Positions 19,438 through 28,834 of a DNA stretch of 64,000 nt are shown in pieces. The position numbers and the translations under genes are program-made. Within the stretch, counting starts at the first letter, position 1. Each line of letters starts with the position of its first letter. Under the pieces are notes generated by a model, which was not told where the DNA came from, ran no database searches, and saw only the letters and a program-made list of their open reading frames with translations. The stretch covers positions 34,111 to 98,110 of the forward strand of contig JACPGU010000001.1 of the NCBI GenBank assembly GCA_016188915.1. The letters run 5' to 3'. The stretch is from Candidatus Microgenomates bacterium (GTDB taxonomy: Bacteria > Patescibacteriota > JACPGU01).

Positions 19438-19944
19438 TTAAGGAATTTTCAAAGAATCTAAAATTTTTTGAAAAACTTTTTCTCCATCAGGGTAGGTATT
19501 TGGATTATATCCAAAACCGATGCTATACAAATATTGATTAGAGATAAACTTTATGTCGAAAAGTCGGCCAGCAGTCACGTCTGGTTTCTCAAAAGTTCTC
19601 AAAAAAGCCTTTTTGCCGGAAATATTAATCTCTTCGCTTTTTATTTCATTACTTTTAGTATCGGCTAGTTCTTTTTCTTTCTCCACGTGGATAGTGATCT
19701 CTGCCCCCTGGCGATATTCCAGTGTTGTATCAGTCAGCAAACCATTAAAATCAGGCGTGGCAGCGCTCCAAGCATAAATAAAATCCCCTCCTCTATTTTC
19801 GTTCTCCTGCCAAGCGCCTGGCAAACTCAAAGAAAAATACTCATTTTTTATTATAGAATTGGCCTTAAAGGTTTGGGAGATCAAAAAACCCGCTAAAATA
19901 GCAATGGCGACAAAAATAATTAATTGAAAAATTATTTTTTTCAT
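19438..19944 (-). CDS. Membrane-anchored hypothetical protein.
   Basis: N-terminal TM helix; ORF only. Confidence 0.45.
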   Translation of the reverse strand: MKKIIFQLIIFVAIAILAGFLISQTFKANSIIKNEYFSLSLPGAWQENENRGGDFIYAWSAATPDFNGLLTDTTLEYRQGAEITIHVEKEKELADTKSNEIKSEEINISGKKAFLRTFEKPDVTAGRLFDIKFISNQYLYSIGFGYNPNTYPDGEKVFQKILDSLKIP

Positions 19945-19971
19945 TGCTAAAATTTTGTTTTGGCGAAAGTT

Positions 19972-20661
19972 TTATATTTTGCTCAATTCTACTTTTACTC
20001 CCGGTCCCATAGTGGAAGAAAGGTAAATTGATTTTACAAGATTGCCTTTGACAGCATTAGGTTTGGCGGCGTTAAGAGCATTGTAGAATTTTTTGAAATT
20101 TTCCAGTAAATCTTCATCCGGGAAAGATACTTTACCGATGCCGATGTGGATTCCTCCAAGCGAGTCGGAACGAAATTCAATTTTACCTTTTTTGAATTCC
20201 TCCACGGTTTTGCTGATATCATTGGTGACTGTGCCGGCTTTTGGATTGGGCATCAGACCTTTTGAACCTAGTATTTTTGCGATTTTTGCTATTTTAGGCA
20301 TTGCTTCAATGGTAGCAACAGCAATGTCAAAACCAGTCCAGCCCTTGGTTATTTTTTCTGTCATATTCTCCAATCCGATGAAATCGGCTCCGGCTGTTTT
20401 GGCGGCTTTTTCATCTTTTTCTCCAACTAGAGCCAGTATTTTTAATGTTTTGCCGGTACCCTTGGGTAGGACAACAGTAGAACGAACGTTTTGTTCCGGT
20501 TTGGCTAGATCAATATTTAGCTTCAAATGCGCTTCAATCGTAGCATCAAATTTAGCTGAGTTGGTTTTTTTGACCAACGCAATCGCCTCTCCCGCGGTGT
20601 AGGTCTTTTTCAAATCCAAATCTTTGATAGCTTCGCGATATTTTTTGCCGTGAGTTTTCAT
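19972..20661 (-). CDS. rplA: 50S ribosomal protein L1.
   Basis: L1 family sequence (MKTHGKKYREA...VVLPKGTGK...). Confidence 0.9.
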   Translation of the reverse strand: MKTHGKKYREAIKDLDLKKTYTAGEAIALVKKTNSAKFDATIEAHLKLNIDLAKPEQNVRSTVVLPKGTGKTLKILALVGEKDEKAAKTAGADFIGLENMTEKITKGWTGFDIAVATIEAMPKIAKIAKILGSKGLMPNPKAGTVTNDISKTVEEFKKGKIEFRSDSLGGIHIGIGKVSFPDEDLLENFKKFYNALNAAKPNAVKGNLVKSIYLSSTMGPGVKVELSKI

Positions 20662-20700
20662 ATAAGATAGGTCTTATTGGTCGTATAGGACTTATTTTTA

Positions 20701-21126
20701 TTATTTTTCTACTTCTACTCCCATTTGGCGAGCACTGCCTGCTATTATTTTTACCGCCCGATCAATATCTTCAGTGTTAAGATCCGACATTTTGGCGCGA
20801 GCTATTTCTTCTGCTTGCGCGCGAGATAATTTGCCTACCTTTTGTTTGTTGGGCGTACCAGAACCCTTCTCCAATTTTAGCGCTTTTTTAATCATATCCG
20901 TTACCGGAGGCTGTTTGGTAATGAAGGTAAATGATCTATCCTCAAAAATAGTAATAACAGCCGGGATTACGGCATCGCCCATTTCTTTAGTGCGTTCGTT
21001 AAATTCTTTGCAAAAATCCATAATATTGACGCCATTTTGCCCCAATACTGAACCCACCGGAGGAGCAGGGTTGGCCTTGCCGGCAGGAATTTGCAATTTG
21101 ACGATAGATTTGATTTTTTTAGCCAT
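20701..21126 (-). CDS. rplK: 50S ribosomal protein L11.
   Basis: [25 protein letters not shown]... Confidence 0.9.
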   Translation of the reverse strand: MAKKIKSIVKLQIPAGKANPAPPVGSVLGQNGVNIMDFCKEFNERTKEMGDAVIPAVITIFEDRSFTFITKQPPVTDMIKKALKLEKGSGTPNKQKVGKLSRAQAEEIARAKMSDLNTEDIDRAVKIIAGSARQMGVEVEK

Positions 21127-21276
21127 AATGTTGTATAATTTTTAATTCTTAATTTTTTAATTTTTAAATAATGTCCTAAATCTTAATTTTTAAACTCAAA
21201 CGCTTTTGTATTCGTTTAGAAATTAGAAAATTGAGATTTATTTAAAAATTAAAAATTACAAAATTTAAAAATTTGA

Positions 21277-22017
21277 TTATATTTTTTTCACCTGCAAGAA
21301 ATCCAGCTCTACCGGGGTCTCGCGACCGAAGATGGAAACCAGCGCCTTGACCTTGCCTTTCTCTTGATCAACTTCACGGACGATAGCCTCCATATCTTTG
21401 AATGGTCCATCGGTGATTTTGACCGGATCGCCTTCCTCCAGATCAATCTTGTATTTTGGTTCCTCCACGCCCATTCTTTTTAAGATAATATCTACCTCAT
21501 CTTCATCGATGGGCACAGGATCGGAGCCAGTACCGATAAAGCCAGTCACATTGGGCGTATTGCGAACAACATACCAGCTATTTTTGGTCATAATCATATT
21601 AACCAAAATATATCCTGGAAAAATCTTTTTTTCTACTTTACGTCTTTTGCCTCCGCGAATTTCTATCTGTTTTTCTTTGGGAACGATTATATCAAAAATT
21701 TTGTCTTTCATATCCAAAGTTTCAATCCTGTGGCGCATAGCTTCAGCGACTTGATCCTCGTAGCCGGAATAAGTATGAACGACATACCATTGGCGGTGAG
21801 TATTGCGATCTTTATCTTTTTCTAGGATTTTACCAAAAGATTTTTTTTCTTTTTCTTCATCGCTTTCTTCTTCCCCCTCCCCTTCCATCATTATCTCTGC
21901 TGCCTTCTCTTCAGATTTCGGCATTTGATCTTCTTTGGGCAAATCAGAAGACAGGTCATCTATGACTACCTGATTGCTCTCTGGCTCATTTTTATTGCTA
22001 GTGATGTCGTCTGACAT
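21277..22017 (-). CDS. nusG: Transcription termination/antitermination factor NusG with an acidic N-terminal extension.
   Basis: NGN and KOW motifs (WYVVHTYSGYE...; GDPVKITDGPFKDMEAIV). Confidence 0.85.
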   Translation of the reverse strand: MSDDITSNKNEPESNQVVIDDLSSDLPKEDQMPKSEEKAAEIMMEGEGEEESDEEKEKKSFGKILEKDKDRNTHRQWYVVHTYSGYEDQVAEAMRHRIETLDMKDKIFDIIVPKEKQIEIRGGKRRKVEKKIFPGYILVNMIMTKNSWYVVRNTPNVTGFIGTGSDPVPIDEDEVDIILKRMGVEEPKYKIDLEEGDPVKITDGPFKDMEAIVREVDQEKGKVKALVSIFGRETPVELDFLQVKKI

Positions 22018-22220
22018 TAGCGAGCGATTATTTTTTTAATTACTGCCAAAAGACCAAAATCTAAAGCTCCGACTAAAATCGCGCCAATAAGCATGGTGAG
22101 AACTACGATAATGGTCATATTGGCGACATCTTTTCTTTTTGGCCAGGCTATCTTTTTTAATTCCTGATAAGACTCTTGGAAAAAAATAGCGATAGGCGTG
22201 ATAACAGGGATTTTTTTCAT
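22017..22220 (-). CDS. secE: Preprotein translocase subunit SecE.
   Basis: 67 aa with a single C-terminal TM helix; canonical position upstream of nusG. Confidence 0.75.
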   Translation of the reverse strand: MKKIPVITPIAIFFQESYQELKKIAWPKRKDVANMTIIVVLTMLIGAILVGALDFGLLAVIKKIIAR

Positions 22221-22226
22221 AAAATT

Positions 22227-22538
22227 TTAGGCGATTATTTTGCCTATTTTGATTTTCGTTAATGTTTGCCTATGGCCGATACGGCGACGGTAGCCGGTTT
22301 TTCTTTTGAATCTTTGGATTTCTACTTTTTTGTCCTTGAATTGCTTCTCGATAATAGCCTCCACTTTGGCGCCACTGACAAAAGGCGCGCCGACATCTGT
22401 TTTCTTGTCATCGGCAACTAAAAGAACGCTTTCGAAAGTGGTGGTGCTTCCCTCTTCTCCCGTGATTTTCTCGACATCAAGAGATTGACCTTCTCGGACA
22501 ATATACTGTTTCCCGCCGGTTTTGATGATAGCTAGCAT
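22227..22538 (-). CDS. rplU: 50S ribosomal protein L21.
   Basis: MLAIIKTGGKQY... L21 signature. The start is likely ATG 22538, since a TTGCGC-17-TATAAT promoter abuts the ORF-track start at 22583. Confidence 0.8.
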   Translation of the reverse strand: MLAIIKTGGKQYIVREGQSLDVEKITGEEGSTTTFESVLLVADDKKTDVGAPFVSGAKVEAIIEKQFKDKKVEIQRFKRKTGYRRRIGHRQTLTKIKIGKIIA

Positions 22539-22585
22539 TTTCGTTTTAACTAAAAATAAGGTTTCGCACCTCGGATGATTCATAT

Positions 22586-22614
22586 TATAAAGCAGTTTTG
22601 CTATCGGCGCAAGA
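22586..22614 (-). promoter_or_regulatory. Sigma70-like promoter for rplU-secE-nusG (TTGCGC-17-TATAAT on the minus strand).
   Basis: Hexamers read on the minus strand. Confidence 0.45.
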
Positions 22615-22734
22615 GGGAATTATCAAGATGGCCAATTCATTGATTCCGGCAATGTCCGACTTCGCCTAAATATTATTTTCCGATAAAAAGAATGGTATAA
22701 TTGACTCAATTATCCGTAGATAATTAAAAAAAAT

Positions 22735-23013
22735 ATGATTGGCAAAACAATAATTGGGGGCGTAACGCACAAAGTGCCAGTAGACCTAAAGGAAATACTA
22801 ATTTCCAAGCCGGATGTGCTTGAAAAATGGAAAGGCCTCACATCCCTTGCGCGCAATGAGTGGATTTGTTGGGTGACTATTGTCAAAAGACAAGAAACAA
22901 GAAAAGAGCATCTGGTTCGTTTATGCGAGGACCTTCTCAAAGGAAAGCGCCGACCTTGCTGTTGGCCGGGCTGTCCGCACCGAAGAGAAAGCGCAAAAAA
23001 GTGGTTTAAGTAA
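22735..23013 (+). CDS. YdeI/OmpD-associated (OmdA) family protein.
   Basis: C-terminal KRQETRKEHLVRLCEDLLKGKR matches the OmdA signature. TATAAT at 22697. Confidence 0.55.
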   Translation: MIGKTIIGGVTHKVPVDLKEILISKPDVLEKWKGLTSLARNEWICWVTIVKRQETRKEHLVRLCEDLLKGKRRPCCWPGCPHRRESAKKWFK

Positions 23014-23018
23014 ATTAT

Positions 23019-23080
23019 ACTTCACCAAGGTGGCACTTTAGGAAGATCTACTTCACCAAGGTGGCACTTTAGGAAGATCT
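23019..23080. repeat. Perfect tandem duplication of the 31-bp unit ACTTCACCAAGGTGGCACTTTAGGAAGATCT.
   Basis: Two identical adjacent copies between the OmdA stop codon and the convergent terminator. Confidence 0.8.
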
Positions 23081-23091
23081 AATGGAGCAAA

Positions 23092-23119
23092 AACAAAAAA
23101 CCCGCCACTGTGTGGCGGG
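23092..23119 (-). terminator. Rho-independent terminator (cccgccac tgt gtggcggg + T-run) for gene 23146..23598.
   Basis: Stem-loop followed by a T-run on the minus strand. Confidence 0.6.
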
Positions 23120-23145
23120 CAGATAGCGCCGAGCCACGATTTGGC

Positions 23146-23598
23146 TCAGTGCGTTTTGGGTTCGGTTTGGAACAGCTCTTCCGGGGAGATTTTTCTCAAT
23201 CTTTCTTCCAGAAAAGCACAGATGATTTTTTTGTCTTGTCCTTCTCGACCTCTTACTGAAAATTCAACATCAATGAGCCGTTTGTTCTTCTCCCTGTCAA
23301 ACATTCTGGCTCCGGTGACCTTGCCGATTATACCGCTAGTTCCTTTGAGGAATGTGACGGTGTCTCCGACCTTGATCTCGCCGTTATTTCCTTCTGTCAA
23401 CTCGAGTGGTTTGCCCAAACGATAGGGCTTGGGATTCTTGTCGCATCCACAGTCTGGCTTATGGTCTTCATGTATGTTTTGACATTTTCCGCCATTACAT
23501 ACGGGTAGCGCGAATTTGATCTCTTTGCGTCCCATGAATAATCCTTTGGGTTCTTCAATCAGTAAAAGTCCTTCCGCACTTTCCAGAACAGTTAGCAT
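23146..23598 (-). CDS. Hypothetical protein with a CxxxxC...CxC metal-binding cluster and a KOW-like segment.
   Basis: ORF with KVGDTVTFLKGTSGIIGKV (KOW-like) and a Cys cluster; the family assignment is uncertain. Confidence 0.4.
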   Translation of the reverse strand: MLTVLESAEGLLLIEEPKGLFMGRKEIKFALPVCNGGKCQNIHEDHKPDCGCDKNPKPYRLGKPLELTEGNNGEIKVGDTVTFLKGTSGIIGKVTGARMFDREKNKRLIDVEFSVRGREGQDKKIICAFLEERLRKISPEELFQTEPKTH

Positions 23599-23823
23599 AG
23601 CTTTTACCTCTCCTTGGAATTTGATTTTTTAAGGTGATTTGTCGCCAAAAAAAAGAAGGCCACGAATGGTCTCTTTCCTGCTTATTCACAGGATGGACTA
23701 GCAACTTGACTATACTAGCACAAAATCAATATTCGCGCAAGAACTTATTTTAAGCCATAGCATATAGCCAATAAAAAACCCGTTTATGGCACGGGTCAGG
23801 CCGAAAAAAATGAATGGATGAAA

Positions 23824-24183
23824 TTATGACGCTCGCGAGGAAAGAATATCTCTCACAAGATCTTTGCCATCAACATCGGTGAGGGTAATATGTTTTTCCA
23901 GTGATTGTATATGGTAAACAAAATGCCCGTTTTCTGTATCGAAATACACTCTTTTCACGCGAAAAGCTTGGTTAAACCACGGACTTTTTCGCAACTCTGG
24001 ATCCAAGGGGCAATAGGTCACCGCATCTCCCTCTTTGTGTTCGGCGAGGGTAAGGGGATCTATTTTTTCGTCTTTATGTTTTGTCCCGAATAATTCTTCT
24101 TCGCTGAACACGATCTTTTCTCCTTTCATGGGGATATGGATAATATTTATCAGACAATAATTATCGCAACGCGAACAAAACAA
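23824..24183 (-). CDS. Hypothetical protein (119 aa).
   Basis: ORF followed by a terminator hairpin at 23774-23797. Confidence 0.4.
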   Translation of the reverse strand: MFCSRCDNYCLINIIHIPMKGEKIVFSEEELFGTKHKDEKIDPLTLAEHKEGDAVTYCPLDPELRKSPWFNQAFRVKRVYFDTENGHFVYHIQSLEKHITLTDVDGKDLVRDILSSRAS

Positions 24184-24193
24184 GCATTAAGCC

Positions 24194-27100
24194 CTATCTT
24201 TTTAAGGCAACAATAATATTCTGACTATCTATTATTTCTTCTTTTTTAATATCAAAATCTTTTACTTTCGTCAAATTGATTTCAGAAAGTTTAGTTTGCT
24301 CTTTTATTTTATCAATAAAGGAATCGAAAACGCCACGAATTTCTTCGCTTTCTGTTTCGATATAGGCCTCCACTTTTTCGTCAAAGTCGTAACGCGCCTC
24401 TTTGCGCGCGTCTTGGATGAGGCGCGTTATTTCGCGCATCAGGCCTTCTTTTTTGAGTTCTGGGGTGATTTCTGTATTTAGGGCGATTGATACTCCCCCA
24501 TCTTCTTTCTCGGCCCAGTTGTCATCGGGGGACAAAGTGTGCTTTGTCTCTAAAGAAACAGATTTGACATTCAATTCATCGCTAATAATGTTTAATAGTT
24601 CAATCTGCAATTTACAATTTACAATTTGCAATTCCCCCAACGGTTGCCTCACCTTAATCCCTTTTTCTTTACGCAAGGCGTGTCCCAACTCCACTATTTT
24701 TTTCACCATTTCCATTTCTTTTCCCAGCTTTTCGTCAATCAATTTTTCATCAAAAGAAGGGAAAGAGGCCAAATGCACCGACTCTTCTCCCATCAGGTTG
24801 CGATAGATTTCTTCGGAGACAAAAGGAGCAAAAGGAGCCAAAAGTTTGGTTATATCGAGCAATGTTTCGTAAAGAACAGCCAAGAAATTGTCGTCCGTCC
24901 TTTTTTTGTTATTGCGCACATACCAAGTGGAAAGTTCTATCGTGAATTCCTCGATGGCGCGAGAAGAAGTGAAAACATCATATTTATCCAAGCTTTCACT
25001 CACTTTTTTGATGAGGCGATTTTTCTTGGAAAGTAGCCAGCGATCAAAAAGAGGTCCCGAGGTCTCGCCTCCGGTGCTCCCGAGGCGAGACCTCGGGGTG
25101 AACTCTCGTGTACTTGCGTAGCCAACAAAGAAAGAGTAAGTGTTCCAGAGGATCAAAAGAAATCTCCTCACTTGATCGCGGACAGAATCTTCGTTCATTA
25201 ATTTGGACTCCCCCGGTTGATTGGCGGTATAGAAAAACCAACGGATAGCGTCGTAGCCATGACTATCACTTAGCTGAACAGGATCTAGAGAATTACCTCG
25301 AGATTTGCTCATCTTTTGCCCCTTGGCATCCAGTACTAGGCCGTTGGAAATGACATTTTTATACGCTGGGCCAAGTTCTAGGATGGTGGAAACAGCCAGC
25401 AGAGTATAGAACCAACCTCGTGTCTGGTCTTGGCCCTCGGCGATGAAATCGGCGGGGAAAAATTTCTTCTCGTCAATTTTTTCCTTATTTTCAAAAGGAT
25501 AATGCCATTGGGCGAAGGGCATACTGCCAGAATCCAACCAGCAGTCAGCGACTTCCGGAGTTCTCGTCATCTCTCCCCCGCATTCGCATTGTAATTTCAG
25601 GCGATCAATAAAAGGTTTGTGGAGATCTATAGATTTTTCATCCGCGAAGACTTCGGAGAAATTGACAGCTTTTTCTTTCAATTCCTCTATACTACCAATA
25701 CAAATAGTCCTTCCGCAACTTTTAGAATTTAGAGTTTCGGATTTAGAGTTTTTAGTTTGGCATTGCCAAAACGGTAACGGCGTTCCCCAATATCTGTCAC
25801 GCGAGATAGCCCAATCCCTGACTCCTTCTAGCCATTCGCCGAAACGACCGTCTTTCATGTGAGCCGGTATCCAATTGACTCGCGCGTTATTTTTTTTCAA
25901 TTTTTCTTTCAATTTACTCATGGCGATAAACCACGAATCTTTAGCGTAGTAGAGCAGAGCCGTGTCGCACCGCCAGCAAAAAGGGTAGTCGTGTTCGTAT
26001 AGTAGTGGCTCGCCAAACAAACCACTAGTTCCAGCGTCACCTTGCTTTTTTAAGTAATCAACGATTATTTTTTCAGTTTCTTTGTCTTTCGCAAGACGGT
26101 TCTCGAGTTCCTCTAAAATTTGATAGCTAGAAGCATAACCGCTTGGAAATGTAAACCTGCCATTCTCGTCTACTGTGTGTACTTTGGGGAGATCAACTAG
26201 TTCTCCCAGAAAATAATCTTCTTCACCATACATAACAGCAGCGTGCACCACTCCTGTACCATCTTCTGCAGTAACAAAGTCTGCTGAGTAAATCCTAAAG
26301 GCATTCTCATATCCTCCTACTTCTGGAGATATCGAGTTGAAGAGCTTTTCATATTCAAGATCTAGATCTTTACCAAGCATTTTAAACGAGAAATTCGTAG
26401 TTTTTAGCACAGCTTCAGCTCTAGAGGCAGCCACAATAAAAGTTTCATCTCCTATCTTTACGGTGCCATATTCTATATTTGAACCAACTGCTAAAGCGAC
26501 ATTACCTGGTAGCGTCCATGGTGTTGTTGTCCATGATAAGATAAAAGTTTTATCGTCTGTGACAGGAGAATCTGTCATTTTAGGATTAAGCAACTGACCT
26601 TTCTTTACCTTAAATTTCACATACACCGAATTTTCCGTCACCTTCTTATACCCCTGCGCTACTTCATGAGAGGAAAGCGCGGTACCGCAACGCGGACAAT
26701 ACGGGACGACTTTGTGTCCTTTGTAAATTAACTCTTTACGGAAGGCCTCCGATAGGATCCACCAGACGGATTCAATATAATTATTATCATAAGTGATGTA
26801 GGGGCGTTCCAAATCCAGCCAAAATCCCATTCTTCGGGTACTTTGTTCCCAGTCCGTTTTGTACTCCCAGACGCTATTTTTGCATTGCTCGTTGAAATCG
26901 GCGATACTTTCTTCGGGGTTCTTTTTCAATGTTTCAATCTGGGGTTTGCCGGAAATATTGAGCTTTTTTTCCACCTCCAGCTCTACCGGCAGACCATGCG
27001 TGTCCCAACCAGCTTTGCGTTCTACTCGGAATCCTTGCATTGTCTTGTAGCGCAAGAAAACGTCTTTCAGCGCGCGAGAGAAAATATGATGAATCCCAGG

Positions 27101-27256
27101 CCTCCCGTTGGCCGTTGGTGGCCCTTCAAAAAAAATAAAATCACCCTTGGGCGACTCTTTGGCCAAAGTTTTTTCAAATATTTTTTCCTTTTCCCAAAAA
27201 GACAGTATCTCTTCTTCTAGTTTGGGAAAAGATTGGCGCGGATCTACTTTTTTCAT
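24194..27256 (-). CDS. ileS: Isoleucyl-tRNA synthetase.
   Basis: PPTANGRPGIHH (HIGH region), KMSKSRGN (KMSKS), editing and zinc-binding regions; 1020 aa. Confidence 0.9.
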   Translation of the reverse strand: MKKVDPRQSFPKLEEEILSFWEKEKIFEKTLAKESPKGDFIFFEGPPTANGRPGIHHIFSRALKDVFLRYKTMQGFRVERKAGWDTHGLPVELEVEKKLNISGKPQIETLKKNPEESIADFNEQCKNSVWEYKTDWEQSTRRMGFWLDLERPYITYDNNYIESVWWILSEAFRKELIYKGHKVVPYCPRCGTALSSHEVAQGYKKVTENSVYVKFKVKKGQLLNPKMTDSPVTDDKTFILSWTTTPWTLPGNVALAVGSNIEYGTVKIGDETFIVAASRAEAVLKTTNFSFKMLGKDLDLEYEKLFNSISPEVGGYENAFRIYSADFVTAEDGTGVVHAAVMYGEEDYFLGELVDLPKVHTVDENGRFTFPSGYASSYQILEELENRLAKDKETEKIIVDYLKKQGDAGTSGLFGEPLLYEHDYPFCWRCDTALLYYAKDSWFIAMSKLKEKLKKNNARVNWIPAHMKDGRFGEWLEGVRDWAISRDRYWGTPLPFWQCQTKNSKSETLNSKSCGRTICIGSIEELKEKAVNFSEVFADEKSIDLHKPFIDRLKLQCECGGEMTRTPEVADCWLDSGSMPFAQWHYPFENKEKIDEKKFFPADFIAEGQDQTRGWFYTLLAVSTILELGPAYKNVISNGLVLDAKGQKMSKSRGNSLDPVQLSDSHGYDAIRWFFYTANQPGESKLMNEDSVRDQVRRFLLILWNTYSFFVGYASTREFTPRSRLGSTGGETSGPLFDRWLLSKKNRLIKKVSESLDKYDVFTSSRAIEEFTIELSTWYVRNNKKRTDDNFLAVLYETLLDITKLLAPFAPFVSEEIYRNLMGEESVHLASFPSFDEKLIDEKLGKEMEMVKKIVELGHALRKEKGIKVRQPLGELQIVNCKLQIELLNIISDELNVKSVSLETKHTLSPDDNWAEKEDGGVSIALNTEITPELKKEGLMREITRLIQDARKEARYDFDEKVEAYIETESEEIRGVFDSFIDKIKEQTKLSEINLTKVKDFDIKKEEIIDSQNIIVALKR
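25056..25097. repeat. Perfect 16-bp inverted repeat (cccgaggtctcgcctc...gaggcgagacctcggg) inserted in frame in ileS (encodes PRSRLGSTGGETSGPL).
   Basis: Read directly from the sequence. GC-rich, in contrast to the surrounding CDS. Confidence 0.6.
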
Positions 27257-27406
27257 AAAATCATCTTACTCTTTTGGCGCGTTTTGTTCAAGATATTCTT
27301 CTGGTTTTCATTTTCCTTGCTTTTTTGAGTGGAATTGCTATATTAGAGTAAATTTCTAGCTCGCGGCTCTACGGGCGGACGTTAAAAACCAGGGGAGGGA
27401 TATCTC

Positions 27407-27823
27407 ATGAATCGGAATGACAAGATGAATCCTTCCTCTGTGGAAGGGATACTTGACCTGAATGCTTTTGACAATGTTTTGGTCGCCACAATCAAGAAGG
27501 GAGCTATAGATGCTCCTGACATGGAAAGTGTTTTTGAGAAAATCAGAGATTCTCTATCTGGAAATCCATCGTCCACGATTTTCGTATTGGATTTGAGAGA
27601 AGTTTCCGAAATCAAAGATGCGGCGATCGGGCAATTGGGCGTGCAGAGTTTTTGCTTCAAGCGTCATAAGCAACTATTGGTCTTGGCTGGCATTAGCGAA
27701 GGTGTCGCGAAAGCCATTGTCGCTCTTGGCCTGGGAGGAGTGCTTGTCTTTCATGCTTCAGTAGAAAGCGCTCTCAATAGCTATCGACGCTCTCTCGTTT
27801 CCTCTTTTCCGTCAGATGAATAA
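27407..27823 (+). CDS. STAS-domain protein (anti-sigma-factor antagonist-like).
   Basis: SpoIIAA-like pattern (...IFVLDLREVSEIKDAAIGQL...LVLAGISEGVAKAI). Confidence 0.55.
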   Translation: MNRNDKMNPSSVEGILDLNAFDNVLVATIKKGAIDAPDMESVFEKIRDSLSGNPSSTIFVLDLREVSEIKDAAIGQLGVQSFCFKRHKQLLVLAGISEGVAKAIVALGLGGVLVFHASVESALNSYRRSLVSSFPSDE

Positions 27824-27824
27824 T

Positions 27825-27852
27825 AGCCCCGCCTCTTACCAGAGGCGGGGCT
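27825..27852. terminator. Bidirectional terminator (agccccgcctct tacc agaggcggggct).
   Basis: Perfect 12-bp stem between convergent genes. Confidence 0.7.
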
Positions 27853-27865
27853 GAAATTTGTCGTC

Positions 27866-28099
27866 CTACTCCACCTCTACCACTTTCAGCCGGCTGTTTG
27901 CGCCCTTTAGTATCCGGATAGAACTTTTAGGTTTTTTCAAGTAATTGCTCAAAAAATTCATCAATTCTTTGTTGGCCTTCCCCTCTGTGGCCGGAGCGGC
28001 TATTTTTATTTTCCAAACTTTATTACCGGCTAGATCAAAAGACTCGCCGATGAATTCGGACCTTTTGGCGTTAGGAGTGATATGGAGAGATATTCTCAT
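27866..28099 (-). CDS. DUF167 (YggU) family protein.
   Basis: 77 aa. ...NAKRSEF...LKIKIAAPATEGKANKEL...LKGANSRLKVVEV is typical of UPF0235. Confidence 0.65.
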   Translation of the reverse strand: MRISLHITPNAKRSEFIGESFDLAGNKVWKIKIAAPATEGKANKELMNFLSNYLKKPKSSIRILKGANSRLKVVEVE

Positions 28100-28216
28100 A
28101 ATTTCTAATTGACCTAATTTCTAATTGATCTAAAAAATATCCAAATTCCAATTAATTCATTCGCTATTATTTAGAAACCTGCTTGCCAGTAGGCAGGTTA
28201 GATCAATTAGAAATTA
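28099..28216. repeat. Heptad-array inverted-repeat element: (TAATTTCTAATTGAYC)x2 ... GC hairpin ... TTAGATCAATTAGAAATTA, with 19-bp perfect IR arms. Abuts the start of 27866..28099 and the stop of 28214..28750.
   Basis: Read directly from the sequence; the central hairpin is aacctgc-ttgccagtag-gcaggtt. Confidence 0.6.
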
Positions 28217-28750
28217 AAAATCTAATCCTTTTTTCGCCCGTATTCCCTTCTGAAAGGGGTGTTTGATTTCTTTCATTTCGGTGACGAGGTCGGCTTTTTT
28301 TATCAGCCACTCGGGGGCGTTACGACCAGTAAGAACTAAATCCAAATCCTGATTCGAATTCATAGCCAAATATATCCTAATAATATCCTCCATATCTTTT
28401 CTTCCAATCAATTCCCCATGCAGGGCGCCCAAGATTTCGTCTAGAATGACGATATTATACTTTTTGCTCTCTATTACTTCCGTCGCGCGTTGCAAGGCTT
28501 TTCGCGCTGATTTTTGATGCTCCTCTTTCGTCTTTTTATCTCCCATAATGCCGACGAAACCAGAACCCAAAGCTTCAATGGTAATATGGGGCAGGTTTTC
28601 TCTAATAGCTTTTCTCGCTCCTTCCGGCCACGATTCTTCTTTGACAAATTGCAGGATAATCACTTTTTTGTCCCAGCCCGAGGCGCGCAAAGCGAGACCC
28701 AAAGTGGCCGTTGTTTTGCCTTTACCATTGCCGGTGAATAGTAGAATCAT
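28214..28750 (-). CDS. Cob(I)yrinic acid a,c-diamide adenosyltransferase (CobA/CobO/BtuR family).
   Basis: P-loop LLFTGNGKGKTTAALG; size 178 aa. Confidence 0.7.
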   Translation of the reverse strand: MILLFTGNGKGKTTATLGLALRASGWDKKVIILQFVKEESWPEGARKAIRENLPHITIEALGSGFVGIMGDKKTKEEHQKSARKALQRATEVIESKKYNIVILDEILGALHGELIGRKDMEDIIRIYLAMNSNQDLDLVLTGRNAPEWLIKKADLVTEMKEIKHPFQKGIRAKKGLDF

Positions 28751-28834
28751 GAGTTATGAATTATGAAGTATGGGTATTTTTAAGATATCAAAAAAACGCA
28801 TCGCTTGGAAGCGGTGCGTTTTTTAATCTGTTTT

